From Eledone cirrhosa (lineage: Eukaryota): a stretch of 64,000 bases of DNA. Shown in pieces: positions 25,824 to 37,074 of the stretch. The notes beneath the pieces were generated by a model. It was not told the origin of the DNA. It did not search any database and was given only the letters and a program-made list of their open reading frames with translations. Location of the stretch: positions 69,316,001 through 69,380,000 of the forward strand of contig OZ024741.1 of NCBI GenBank assembly GCA_964016885.1, written 5' to 3'. A program made the translations under genes and the position numbers. How positions within the stretch are numbered: position 1 is the first letter of the stretch; every line of letters begins with the position of its first letter.

Positions 25824-26814
25824 TACTAGCAGTAAAGCCCGGCGTTGCTCGGGGTCGCTCAGAAGCTGTGTTAAAGTTACAATGTTAAGTTTCTTTCTTG
25901 GCTTAAAAACTGTAGTGTCTACTGTGCAGACTTGCATGTGGTGTTTTTGATTAATATTCCCTCAACCAACAATATGCCTTATGAAGTTAAGAAAACATAA
26001 CGATAACCCGAATGTTATAACAAAAGAGGATGCTGGGGATAAAAACTGCACTGGTTATTTATTAACAAAGATCGAAAATGTAAACACTGCAACGCAGAGA
26101 AAAACATTAGCGTAACCAAATTATCAGTTATGTCTGTCTGCACGCCTATATCACCTCTCTGCACGACTGTCTGTCTGCACGCCTATATCACCTCTCTGCA
26201 CGACTGTCTGTCTGCACGCCTATATCACCTCTCTGCACGACTGTCTGTCTGCACGCCTATATCACCTCTCTGCACGACTGTCTGTCTGCACGCGTATATC
26301 ACCTCTCTGCACGACTGTCTGTCTGCACGACTGTCTGTCTGCACGCCTAACGACGAAATATTTGCTTGTTTTACGTAGTCTTTAAATAGACTTGTTTTCA
26401 AGTAAAAATATTGTTTTAAAATGCTTTTAAATGGAAATGAAGCAAAACGGAAGCTTAGTGTTCGAACTGATGAATTTTGCAGGTCAATATTTTGCTGGCT
26501 CGACGACAACTGTTCGTGTATTGTGTTAATGTCATTTTAAACGCTGAGAAAGCCAGCGTAATTTTTTACGTAAGACGCTCAATGTAAACAGAACAAAGGG
26601 AAATAACTGATAACTTACGCTCAAAAATCGATACATTATATTCGATTTCGTCACATAGGGTGGGTCAATTTGAAATATTTTTTTCCCGATGTCTTCGCTA
26701 GGGCTCAATGTACAAGTATAGCAATTTCGGTGCAATTCCGTGAGAGATTCTAAGAGGAGATGTGTGCCAAAAATCGATAGACAGACAGACAACCACAGTT
26801 TTATATATATAGAT
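25824..26814 (+). mobile_element. Non-autonomous Helentron-type element with internal 37-bp minisatellite (26131-26348)
   Basis: TACTAGCAGTAAAGCCCGGCGTTGCTCGGG ... GACAGACAGAC..TTTTATATATATAGAT; internal tandem repeats are typical of such elements. Confidence 0.72.
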
Positions 26815-27717
26815 TATGTTCGAAACACCAACTAAACAACGAGAATGTCAATTATATTACTCATCATTTGATCGAGCAATTGCCCAGGCTAAAACCATGT
26901 GTCCCTTTGACAAGGCCTAGTCCCTGGAAGCCACCTTTGCCAAGGTTACGGCAAAGCCATGGGAAGTAGCATCGTGGATGTGTCATTCAACAGAGGAACT
27001 TTTAGAAGTCAATGGTGGGTGATAAACATGATGTTGAGTGGAAGAACTATAACAATACTCAACGATCAAGATCACTAAGTTCAGTTAGCGAAATTCTTCA
27101 TTAATTAATTAAAATGCAGTGTATGTCTATAAAAATATGCTCACGAAAGGGTTAAAGATGAGGGTAGAGAAATAGGTGCACTGCAATATATTTGTTGAAA
27201 TTTGGGTTAGAGTAGCAAGTATGTTCAGATGAATACATCCATCAGTAAGCTAGAGAATACAGCTGGGAGAGGAGAATTGCCTTTCATTAGCATATTTCTA
27301 ATGAATGATACTGCCTATGATTTTCAAATAATGTTGAAAATTATCAAGAATTTGGAGAAATTTTGTAATTTCATTGTTAAGCTAGTGTCTGGAACATAAC
27401 TTAAATTTACATTGAATTATGATAAACGTTTTTTTAAAATATATATGGACGCATTAAGATCTGTATAGAAAAAACAGACAGTTTCAGACAAGTTTTGAAA
27501 GGATTGACAGTAAAGGTAATCTTGGGTTAATGATGTTACCTGATAGGCCACCAGATGGCTATTACTCTGGATATTTCATGTTTCCTTTTATATTGATGAT
27601 TTTCCTGCATGTTTTACTCGATTCCATGTAAATCTCCACAGGTTTTGTATTTTATCCTTGTAATGTTCCTTTATCGGTTGCCCTTGCAGCAAATTATTAT
27701 TATTATTATTAAAACAT

Positions 27718-28830
27718 GAGGTAGATTGGCAGTATCGGTAGAGGGTCGGACGCCATGCTTTGAAGCATAGAGTTACATCCCTGTATGATCTGAGTTCAAA
27801 TCCTGCCGAGGTTAACTTTGCCTTTCATCCTTCCAGGGTCGATAAAATAAAGTACCAGTAATGCACTGGGTAATTGCTGGCCTTGTGCCAAAAGTAGAAA
27901 CAATTATCATTAAAACATGAGGTAGTGTGTTTGACAACATGCTTTGCAGCATATAATTACATCCTTTTACATTCTGAGTTCAAATCCCACTGGGTCAACT
28001 TTGCCTTTCATCTTTATGAAGTCAATAAAATAAAGCACCAGTAACACACTGGGGTTGATTTAGTCAACTTTCCCCTCCCTCATAAATTGTTGACCATCAG
28101 AAACCGGCCGAAATGGTTTGTGATGTTTCTTCCAGCTTGCTAAAGCCAACTTTGCCTTTCATCATTCTGGGGTCAATTACTGGGGTTGATTTAATCAACT
28201 GTACACCCCTCCCCCTAATTTGCTAGCCTTTGCCTCAATTAGAAATCAATATTTAAGTAACAGTAGAACATTGGACAAAGTGGTTTGTGGTATTTAGTTA
28301 CAACTTTCTATGTTCTGAGTTCAAATCCTACCGAGATCAACTTTGACTTTCATCCTTCTGCGGTCGATAAGATAAAGCACCAGTAATGCACTGGGGGCTC
28401 GATTTAATTGACTTTCCCCTCCCCAAAATTGTTGGCCTTGTGCCTAAATCAGAAATCATTGTGCCTATAGTAGAAATCATCATCATTATTATTATTATTT
28501 AGGGCGGTGGAATGGCAGTATCAGTAGAGGGTCGGATGCCATGCTTTGCAGCATAGAGTTACGTCCCTTTATAGTCTGAATTCAAATCCCACTGAGGTTA
28601 ACTTTGTATTTCATCCTTACAGGGGGTCAATAAAATAAAGAACCAGTATCGCACTAGGATCGATTTAATCAACTTTCCGCTCCCCTAAAATTGTTGTCCT
28701 TCTGCCTAAATCAGAAACCATTCCCGGCGAGGTTAACTTTGCCTTTCATCTTTACTCGGTCGATAAAATAAAGCACCAGTAATGCACTGGGGTAATTGCT
28801 GGCCTTGTGCCAAAAGTAGAAACAATTATT
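27718..28830 (+). mobile_element. Run of ~6 co-oriented Meta-type SINEs
   Basis: CTTTGCCTTTCATC..ATAAAATAAAG(T/C)ACCAG motif recurs about every 200 bp. Confidence 0.85.
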
Positions 28831-29129
28831 ATTTAATATTATTATTATCATTCAATATTGTATCTAATATTTCTATAATATCTGTTGTGATTTTTATTAT
28901 TTTAAAAAATTTTTTTTTTAATAAAAATAACTTAGATCAAAAATATGATTAGAAGAATACAAGAAAAAACTAATAGAAAGAATCAGTATAAAGTGACATC
29001 ATAAAAGTATTTGTCTGTTTCCTGTGAAGAAGAATGATTTCTTTCTTTCCTCTCTATCAATTTTTCTTTATTTCCAACCACTTTTGTCAGAAAACATTAC
29101 ATATATATTTCTTCTGACTATTTTCTTTT

Positions 29130-29180
<51 letters not shown>

Positions 29181-29512
29181 CTCTCTATATACACACACAT
29201 TTTTTTTTTAAATTGAATTCTTGTGAGTCTCCAGCTTGAAGAGGTTGGAACAAATGTTAGCTTATATTTATCAATTTTTGGTTTCAAGGGTTTTTTTAGT
29301 TTTTTTATTTAATACATTGATATCAATTTTATGTTTGTGAAATTCCTGTAGCAGAAATTTCAACTCTTCAGATTCTATAACTTGGCATTTGATGTTGAAA
29401 GAGAAGGAGTGGCTGGGTGGGAAATGTATATAACCAAGAAAGTTTAGTTTTTCTTCTTTCTCCTATTTCAAGGGTTTATTGGTGTGTCTTTATATAACAC
29501 ATGTATACACAC

Positions 29513-29563
<51 letters not shown>

Positions 29564-30829
29564 GGTGTGTGTGTGTATATATTTATATACACATATTTGG
29601 TATATATGTCTATAAGCTATATATATTTTTATACACTTGCACATACATTGTATTTGTGTGTATGTATAATATTTTGTATGCCTAACATATTTTTCTATAC
29701 AAGTGTGCCCATGAGTGTGTGTGGCCGTGTATGTATGTGTGTGTAGTGTGTAAATGTATTTGCATAGTGTGTGTATGTAAAGAAAAATGTAAGCCATCTG
29801 TCTGTTTCTCCCTTTCTCCTTTTTCTTTCTCTCATTTGTACGCACGACACATTCACACGCACGCACGGACGTACGGACGGAATGGATTTCTCCATAGGTT
29901 TCAACATCGAGTATTCCAATTGTTCAGTCAATGGAACAGCCTGCTTGTGAAATTAATGTGTAAGTGGCTGAACATTCCACATATTCATGAAATCTTAACA
30001 TACTTTCCAGTGAGATTTAACCTGACTGTGTCTGACATCTGCTGGGCTTCCAAACAGTCTTCAGAATTTCACTCCCAACACGTGCTAGATGAAACTTACC
30101 CAAGACATCACACAGTGAATCGAACCTAGGGCTCAACGTTTATGAAGTTAACTTATTAACCATTCGGCCATGCTGTTTCCATATAAAAAAACCAGTATAT
30201 ATATATATACCTTCTATCTCTCCTCCTTCTTATAAATTCCTTAATTCTTAATCTAGCGTATTTTCAAACCTTAATTCCTAGCGTATTTTCAAACCTCAAT
30301 CCCTAATTCTGGCGTATTTTCAAAACAAAAAAACAAAATCCTTTCCTTCTTCCTTCTTTCGAAACCCCCGCTTACTCGACCCCCCCCCCCCCCCCCACCC
30401 GCTACTTCGATGGCATGTGGCGGTCAAACGCCTAACACACACAACCATCATGCGCCCCCACCCCCCTCTCTCTCTCTCTATATATATATATATATGATAG
30501 GAATTCACTTCGCCAAATTTCATTGCTTTGCTGCTGTCTACTCCACGATATTCATGTAACGTAATGTACATATTTTCCTTCATCTCTACCTCCACAAATC
30601 CTAGCGTATTTTCAAAACAATCCATATTTCGTATCAAGTCCAAATAGCCAATCTATCGCTAAAACAATCTACATTTTTTGTATTTATTAATTGTTAAATA
30701 CGAAAGTTTTTGGTCGTATTGAACAGAACAAATTTTGTATTTTTGTTAATCGCTTGTTAAATGCAAGGACCCCATTCAATCATTACCTTCTATCTAGCTA
30801 CCCAACACCCACCCCTCCCTCCCGCCCCC

Positions 30830-30925
30830 ACGCACCACCATTGCTATTACGTGGACCAATCATAAGCCAGAGCCCCCACGCATCACCAGTATTATTACGC
30901 GGACCAATCAGAAGCCAGAGGCCTA
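30830..30925 (+). promoter_or_regulatory. Duplicated CCAAT-box module, putative internal promoter of the RTE
   Basis: TATTACG(T/C)GGACCAATCA(T/G)AAGCCAGAG occurs twice ~47 bp apart upstream of the ORF. Confidence 0.45.
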
Positions 30926-31225
30926 TACTATCGCTTGCCTGGTTGCCTTTCGATATATGATGGATGGATGGACTGCGGAATCCTGGAGAGTGGAGGAGAG
31001 AGAGAGAGAAAAATCTGGATGCTCAGCGACAATGCCAAAGATAAAGACAAATTCACCGCTTGGACGAGAATGCGAGCACTCCTCATTGTTTCGACCGCGG
31101 ACGGCTAACATAACCCCATCGGCCCCCGCCCCCACCGCCCCCAACCCCCAAACGCAATCCAAAACTTCAGAGTTGGTACCATAAATGTAGGCACCCTAAA
31201 GGGTCGCGCTAACGAGGTTGTAGAA

Positions 31226-34201
31226 ATGCTTGAGCGTAAGGAGGTCGATGTTTGTTGTATTCAAGAGACCAGGTGGAGGGGTGGGTCTGCTAGGTTCATT
31301 GAGGGTAAAAAACGATGTTATAAGCTTTTCTGGGTGGGAAACGACGATGGGCTGGGTGGAGTAGGAATCATGGTAGCAGAAAAGTGGGCAGATAAGATAA
31401 TAGACGTAAATAGAGTGAACGACAGAATAATTAAAATACGACTTGTCCTCAATAGAACTACGGTGACAGTAATATCTGCGTACGCACCCCAATCCGGACT
31501 GCCCGGCACTATAAAAGACAGATTCTATGAGACACTGATGCTAACTACCTCCCAAATATCCGACAGTGACTATATAATTATCGCAGGCGACCTAAATGGT
31601 CACGTTGGACAACATTGTGACGGCTACGACGAAATCCATGGAGGCTATGGGTTTGGTACTAGAAATGAGGAAGGCTCCAGAATCCTGGAATTCTGTGATG
31701 CAAATAACCTAACTATCTGTAACACTAACTTCAAAAAACGTGACAATCACCTGATCACCTATAGATCCGGGGAACACACAAGCCAGGTAGATTATATCCT
31801 TACCAGAAGACGTGACAGAGTGTCTGTTGTAAACACTAAATCCCTCCCCCATGAAGAATGCACCTCCCAACATAGACTGATAATTAGCGACCTCATAGTC
31901 AGGACGAGACGTACTCGACAGCAGAAGAGGACTATCCTCAGGAGAAAAATATGGAAGCTAAAGGACCCCACAGCCAGGAATAAATTTCAAAGCATATTAC
32001 TTGATGCTTTCGACAGTAAGGAAGAACATTTAGAGTCGGACGATATAGAGGGAGAGTGGGAATTTCTGAAAGCAAACCTGCTGTTGGCGACAGACGAAGT
32101 CTGTGGCTGGGGCAGGCCTGTAGGCAGGAGGAGAGTAACATGGTGGTGGAACAGTAAGGTGGAGGGGTCAATTAAGGCCAAAAAGCAGGCTTGGAAAGTA
32201 TGGCGGGATGGGGGAAGTAGAGAAGACTATCAAGTGGCCAGGAGGGAAGCTAGGAGACAAGTGTACTTAGCAAGAAGGGAAGCTGAGGAAAGAAAGTTCA
32301 AGCATGTTCTACAACGCGATGACCAAAAACGTGAGGTGTTCAGGATTGCTAGGCAATGCGTCAAGGAAAACCGTGATATTGTCGGGGAGAAGTGTGTACT
32401 AAACGACGATGGCACACTTGCCATCACCGACGCTGATAAGAAGGTAGCTTGGAAGTGTCACTATGAAAGGCTACTAAATGAGGAGAATAAATGGGAGAAA
32501 GACAGTCTCCCCCATATCGACCCAATAGAGGGACCAGCAGTGTTAGTCGAGGGGAGTATAATAAGTAAGGCAATCAAGGATATGAAGACGGGTAAGGCGG
32601 CTGGGCCTTCGGAAATAGTTGCTGAGATGCTGAAGGCATCTGGCACGGTGGGACACACCATGGTCACCCGCATAGTTAACCAAGTCGTACAGAATGGGGT
32701 TGTTCCGAAGGACTGGCATAGCAGCATCATCGTTAACTGTTATAAGGGTAAAGGAGACGCCCTAGATAGGAGTAACTATAGAGGCATTAAATTAATTGAC
32801 CAGGTCATGAAGGTCACGGAAAAAGTAATAGCGCAACTAATCAGAGAGAGAATTGACCTAGATGAAATGCAGTTCGGGTTTGTGTCAGGCAAAAGTACCA
32901 CAGACGCTCTTTTCATAGTACGACAACTACAGGAGAAGTACCTAGCTAAAGGTAAACCCCTCTACTTAGCTTTTGTCGACTTGGAGAAAGCCTTCGACAG
33001 AGTCCCCCGCTCCATTATCTGGTGGGCTCTTAGAAAACTAGGCATTGACGAATGGCTTGTGAGGGCTATACAAGCCATGTATAAAGAAACAGTCAGCAAG
33101 GTTAGAATTAACAACGAATATAGTGAAGAGTTTAGCGTAAAAGTTGGCGTCCATCAGGGCTCTGTTCTCAGCCCCCTACTATTTATTATTGCCCTTCAGG
33201 CTATAACAGAGGAGTTCAAGACAGGCTGCCCATGGGAACTCCTATACGCAGACGACCTGACACTCATAGCGGAATCAATGGCCGAGCTAGAGAAGAAATT
33301 CCAAACATGGAAGCACGGCCTAGAGTCAAAAGGACTTAAAATTAACCTGGCTAAGACCAAAGTACTAGTTTGTAGGAAAGAAAACAAGGCGGCGGTCCCT
33401 TCTGGGAAATGGTCGTGCTCGGTGTGTAGGAAAGGCGTAGGTAGAAACTCCATTTTATGTCCTAAATGCAAAGTATGGGTGCATAAAAGATGTAGTGGGA
33501 TCACAGGTAAGCTAACTAAGAACATAGATTTTACATGTGGCCGGTGTTCTGGTGCAATAAGTAGCAGCAAGTGCCCACAAAATACTAGCTCTTTCAATTG
33601 CGCAGAGGGTTCTATAGAAATAGTGGACAGCTTCCGTTACCTGGGCGATAAAATCAGCAGTGGGGGAGGGTGCTCTGAAAGTACTGTAGCTAGAGTCAGA
33701 ACTGGTTGGAAAAAGTTCAGAGAGCTTATACCACTATTAGCTGCTAAAGGGTTCTCCCTAAAAATGAAAGGCAGGTTGTACGATGCCTGCATACGAACAG
33801 CAATGCTGCATGGCAGTGAGACCTGGGCATTGTGTGCAGAGGATATACGCAGACTAGAGAGGAACGAAGCTTGCATGCTCCGCTGGATGTGTAACAGTAA
33901 TATACGTGAACGGCAAAGCATAAACGAACTAAGGAAAAAATTAGAGATAAGAGGGATCAGATGTTGTTTACTCGAGAGAAGGCTACGTTGGTATGGACAC
34001 GTGATGCTCATGAAAGTCGATAGCTGTATAACAAAGTGCAGGGCAATAAAGATAGACGGTAGTCACGGAATAGGCAGACCTAGAAAAACCTGGGACGAGC
34101 TGATAAACTCCGACATCACACACTTACACCTCTCCAAGACAATGTCACTGGACCGAGACCTTTGGCGGTACTCAGTAACAGAGAAGACCCGCCTTACCTA
34201 A
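31226..34201 (+). CDS. RTE ORF: APE endonuclease + reverse transcriptase with inserted PHD-type zinc finger
   Basis: CIQETRW, ISAYAPQ, GDLNGHVG, VDYIL, QHRLI; DLEKAFDRV, QGSVLSPLLF, YADD; C4HC3 insert; LRWYGHV, GRPRKTW. EN homology (FRVGTINVGTL) starts in frame at ~31166, upstream of this ATG. Confidence 0.97.
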   Translation: MLERKEVDVCCIQETRWRGGSARFIEGKKRCYKLFWVGNDDGLGGVGIMVAEKWADKIIDVNRVNDRIIKIRLVLNRTTVTVISAYAPQSGLPGTIKDRFYETLMLTTSQISDSDYIIIAGDLNGHVGQHCDGYDEIHGGYGFGTRNEEGSRILEFCDANNLTICNTNFKKRDNHLITYRSGEHTSQVDYILTRRRDRVSVVNTKSLPHEECTSQHRLIISDLIVRTRRTRQQKRTILRRKIWKLKDPTARNKFQSILLDAFDSKEEHLESDDIEGEWEFLKANLLLATDEVCGWGRPVGRRRVTWWWNSKVEGSIKAKKQAWKVWRDGGSREDYQVARREARRQVYLARREAEERKFKHVLQRDDQKREVFRIARQCVKENRDIVGEKCVLNDDGTLAITDADKKVAWKCHYERLLNEENKWEKDSLPHIDPIEGPAVLVEGSIISKAIKDMKTGKAAGPSEIVAEMLKASGTVGHTMVTRIVNQVVQNGVVPKDWHSSIIVNCYKGKGDALDRSNYRGIKLIDQVMKVTEKVIAQLIRERIDLDEMQFGFVSGKSTTDALFIVRQLQEKYLAKGKPLYLAFVDLEKAFDRVPRSIIWWALRKLGIDEWLVRAIQAMYKETVSKVRINNEYSEEFSVKVGVHQGSVLSPLLFIIALQAITEEFKTGCPWELLYADDLTLIAESMAELEKKFQTWKHGLESKGLKINLAKTKVLVCRKENKAAVPSGKWSCSVCRKGVGRNSILCPKCKVWVHKRCSGITGKLTKNIDFTCGRCSGAISSSKCPQNTSSFNCAEGSIEIVDSFRYLGDKISSGGGCSESTVARVRTGWKKFRELIPLLAAKGFSLKMKGRLYDACIRTAMLHGSETWALCAEDIRRLERNEACMLRWMCNSNIRERQSINELRKKLEIRGIRCCLLERRLRWYGHVMLMKVDSCITKCRAIKIDGSHGIGRPRKTWDELINSDITHLHLSKTMSLDRDLWRYSVTEKTRLT

Positions 34202-34623
34202 ATATATAGTAAAACCTACTCCAGCCAGTAGGCATCTCTAACAAAATACACCCCGTCCCACCACCACCACCACCCCCACCCCATCCACACCACCCCGTTC
34301 TATGTAAAGTTATGTTGGTGCCGCGCCATCCAGGCCAAAACAAATGAGATCGTGTAGGTGTCACGACAAAAAAACACACAGTCCACGCTGTAATGTGGCC
34401 GTGTAGGCAACACGGTAAAAACCTCCCAGACCCACACTGTAAATGTGGTTGGTGTTAGGAAGGGCATCCAACTGTAGAAAACCTGCCAGACAGTCCTATG
34501 CGAGCAAGACAATCACTCTTGCCTCAAGTGGGACTACCCCCGTCCAAACCCATGCAAGCGTGGAACACGGACGTTAAACGTTGATGATGATGATGATGAT
34601 GATGATATATATATATATATATA

Positions 34624-34951
34624 TGGGTTAGACAGGTTGTCCTGTTGTGGGCAATGCCAGGTCAGGTGACCATGTCTTGGTCATACAGGACTGATTTTGG
34701 CTCAGTTTCTACAGCTGGATGCCCTTCCTAACACCAACCTCATTTACAGTGAGTACTGGGTGCTTTTTTACCGTGGCGTATACACGACCACTTTACAGTG
34801 TGGACTGGGTGCTTTTTGTCGAGACACCTACATGACCACTTTATTGTGGGAGGGGCATGGGGGCACATTGTCTATATGCTTCAGCTTCAGCCCGTGGGAA
34901 CTTGGGTCTTCTGTATTACTGCGTAACGCCAGAGGTCTTGGCCCTGTGTCA
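34624..34951 (-). mobile_element. 3' UTR fragment of sister RTE subfamily
   Basis: Similar to 61988-62313. Confidence 0.8.
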
Positions 34952-35533
34952 TATATATATATATATATATATATATATCAATAATGGTTTCTGATTTAGG
35001 CACAAGGCCATCAATTTTGAGGAAAGGGGGGAGAGTCGATTAAATTGACCCCAGTGGGTTACTGGTACTTATATTTATTGACCCTCATAAGGATGACAGA
35101 CAAAGCTAACCTTGGCGTAATTTACACTCAGAACGTAAAGTGTCATAACTATATGCCACAAAGTATGTTGTCCGATGCTCTACAGATTCTGCCAATACTC
35201 CCCCATCCCTACCTCAGTAACAATGGCCTGAAATAATCATTTTAACTGTTACTTTTACTTCATCTCTTCTGTTAGACTGACAATATATACAGTATCTTCT
35301 GACCATTGCAATTACAGTGTGCCTGTAGAGAACTATGTATTATATGTTGTACACAAATGGAAGACATATTCAGGTGACTACGTATCACTGTATATATGTT
35401 TGTTAGACAATCAAACTCTGCTTATGTAGCTGCTTTTGTATTCTGGTGTATGATGTCATCAATGTATATATATTTACAACATTGATATTCATATAGACTG
35501 AATAAGTGGCATCACCGATACTCAATCATTTGC

Positions 35534-35566
<33 letters not shown>

Positions 35567-36899
35567 TGTGTGTGTGTGTGTGTAGCGTTAGCTTTTGCAG
35601 ATCATGTTACAGTAAGCTGTTATTATACAGTTATCAACATATAACAACTCATTGATGGGGAAGTGGCTCACTTGTGTATGTGTCTTAAATCTTCCGGAGT
35701 TGTAGAAGCCACCGTCTGTTCTGTATATCAACTCGACACTGTAATGAAGTTTCTTCCATTACAGTACCCAGGTACATTACAAACACCGTTGGTGCCAATA
35801 TCCCTACTTTACACCGTTCTTGATATTTATTGCTGCGGTCATTCTGTTTCCATGCTTTATTGCACAACCGTAGACTATCAATCTGGGTAAAACCGAGGTG
35901 TCGACTCAAAATGCTCTAGTTTGCTAATTCTCCAGAACTTTGCAGCAATGAAGTTACTCTGCTAAATGTGCAACATTTCAAATGCATATGTAGCTACGTT
36001 TTCAGTGACTGCACAATTGACTGTGAAATTGAGAATTAGTTAAGGTAAGTGCCGTGGATTTCAAAGCCTGTGTCTTCAACAACAGTCACCTCACCACCAG
36101 ATTGGAGGCTAACACTGAGATATTACTGTGAAATATAGATACTACAAGGATGTCATCGACTGAAATAAGAGGCTATCTATCTAATCTCAGGTCTTGAACA
36201 GACCCCCCCCCCCCCCTCCCATTATATTTTGCTAATCTATTCCCGGCGAAATTTAATTGTAAGTAATTTTTTATTAATACAGTAGCTGGAGAATAATAAT
36301 AATTTTATTTTACATAAAAAAAACCTTATTTATGACAAAAAGAGAATATTAAAAGAAACCCACACCATATTTACAAACGTACACTATTCAATTACCCCCC
36401 CCCCCCCAATAGGAATTTAAGCAAATGGCCCCACCCCTGCTTATTCCACCTCACCTCCTATTATCTGGGATCCGAAAGTAGACATTCAAACTGAGGTACA
36501 TGTTATGCATCAAGTGACAAGATTGAATAAAAACTGCTGAAGTGCTTTTTTCAACGCAACACACGACAATTAAAGCAGTCTGAGAGGTCAATAATCTCGA
36601 TTAAGTACTGACATGGTTTGTGGTGACCTTTCTAAAATTTACTAGCAGGGAAAACACGTTAGATGATGATGACGATGATGATACACGAATCAACTAATAT
36701 AAATATAAGAGAAAGCATGTTCTACTGGCTACAACATTGGGGCTATAGTCCCCATCTCTCTCGATATTTCTGTTGTACATATTTCTATATTTGTGTGTAT
36801 AAAGTTTACGTATGTAGGTGTTGAGCATGTAAATTCATATATAGAGCACTCTCCCTTCCTTTACCCTTCCTACGGAAATACTTCATATATATAATATAT

Positions 36900-37061
36900 A
36901 ACGAAGGTACTCAATACTTAGGGTAGTAGAGTGGGTAATAGGAAAAAGTATGACCCCGACGGCAGAGCTCAAGCCGTTTCGACGGCTATTTCAATGGCTA
37001 TTTCTAGAAATAGCCGTCGAAACGGCTTGAGCTCTGCCGTCGGGGTCATACTTTTTCCTAT
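36900..37061. mobile_element. Fold-back half-hammerhead element, copy 2
   Basis: Perfect arms 36938-36992 / 37007-37061; internally deleted tail. Confidence 0.88.
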
Positions 37062-37074
37062 ATATATATATATA

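Larger units (their letters stand above)
30210..34606 (+). mobile_element. Near full-length RTE-clade LINE
   Basis: Long putative 5' UTR, 991-aa EN-RT ORF, ~380-nt 3' UTR, (GAT)n tail running into (AT)n; 5' boundary uncertain. Confidence 0.95.
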
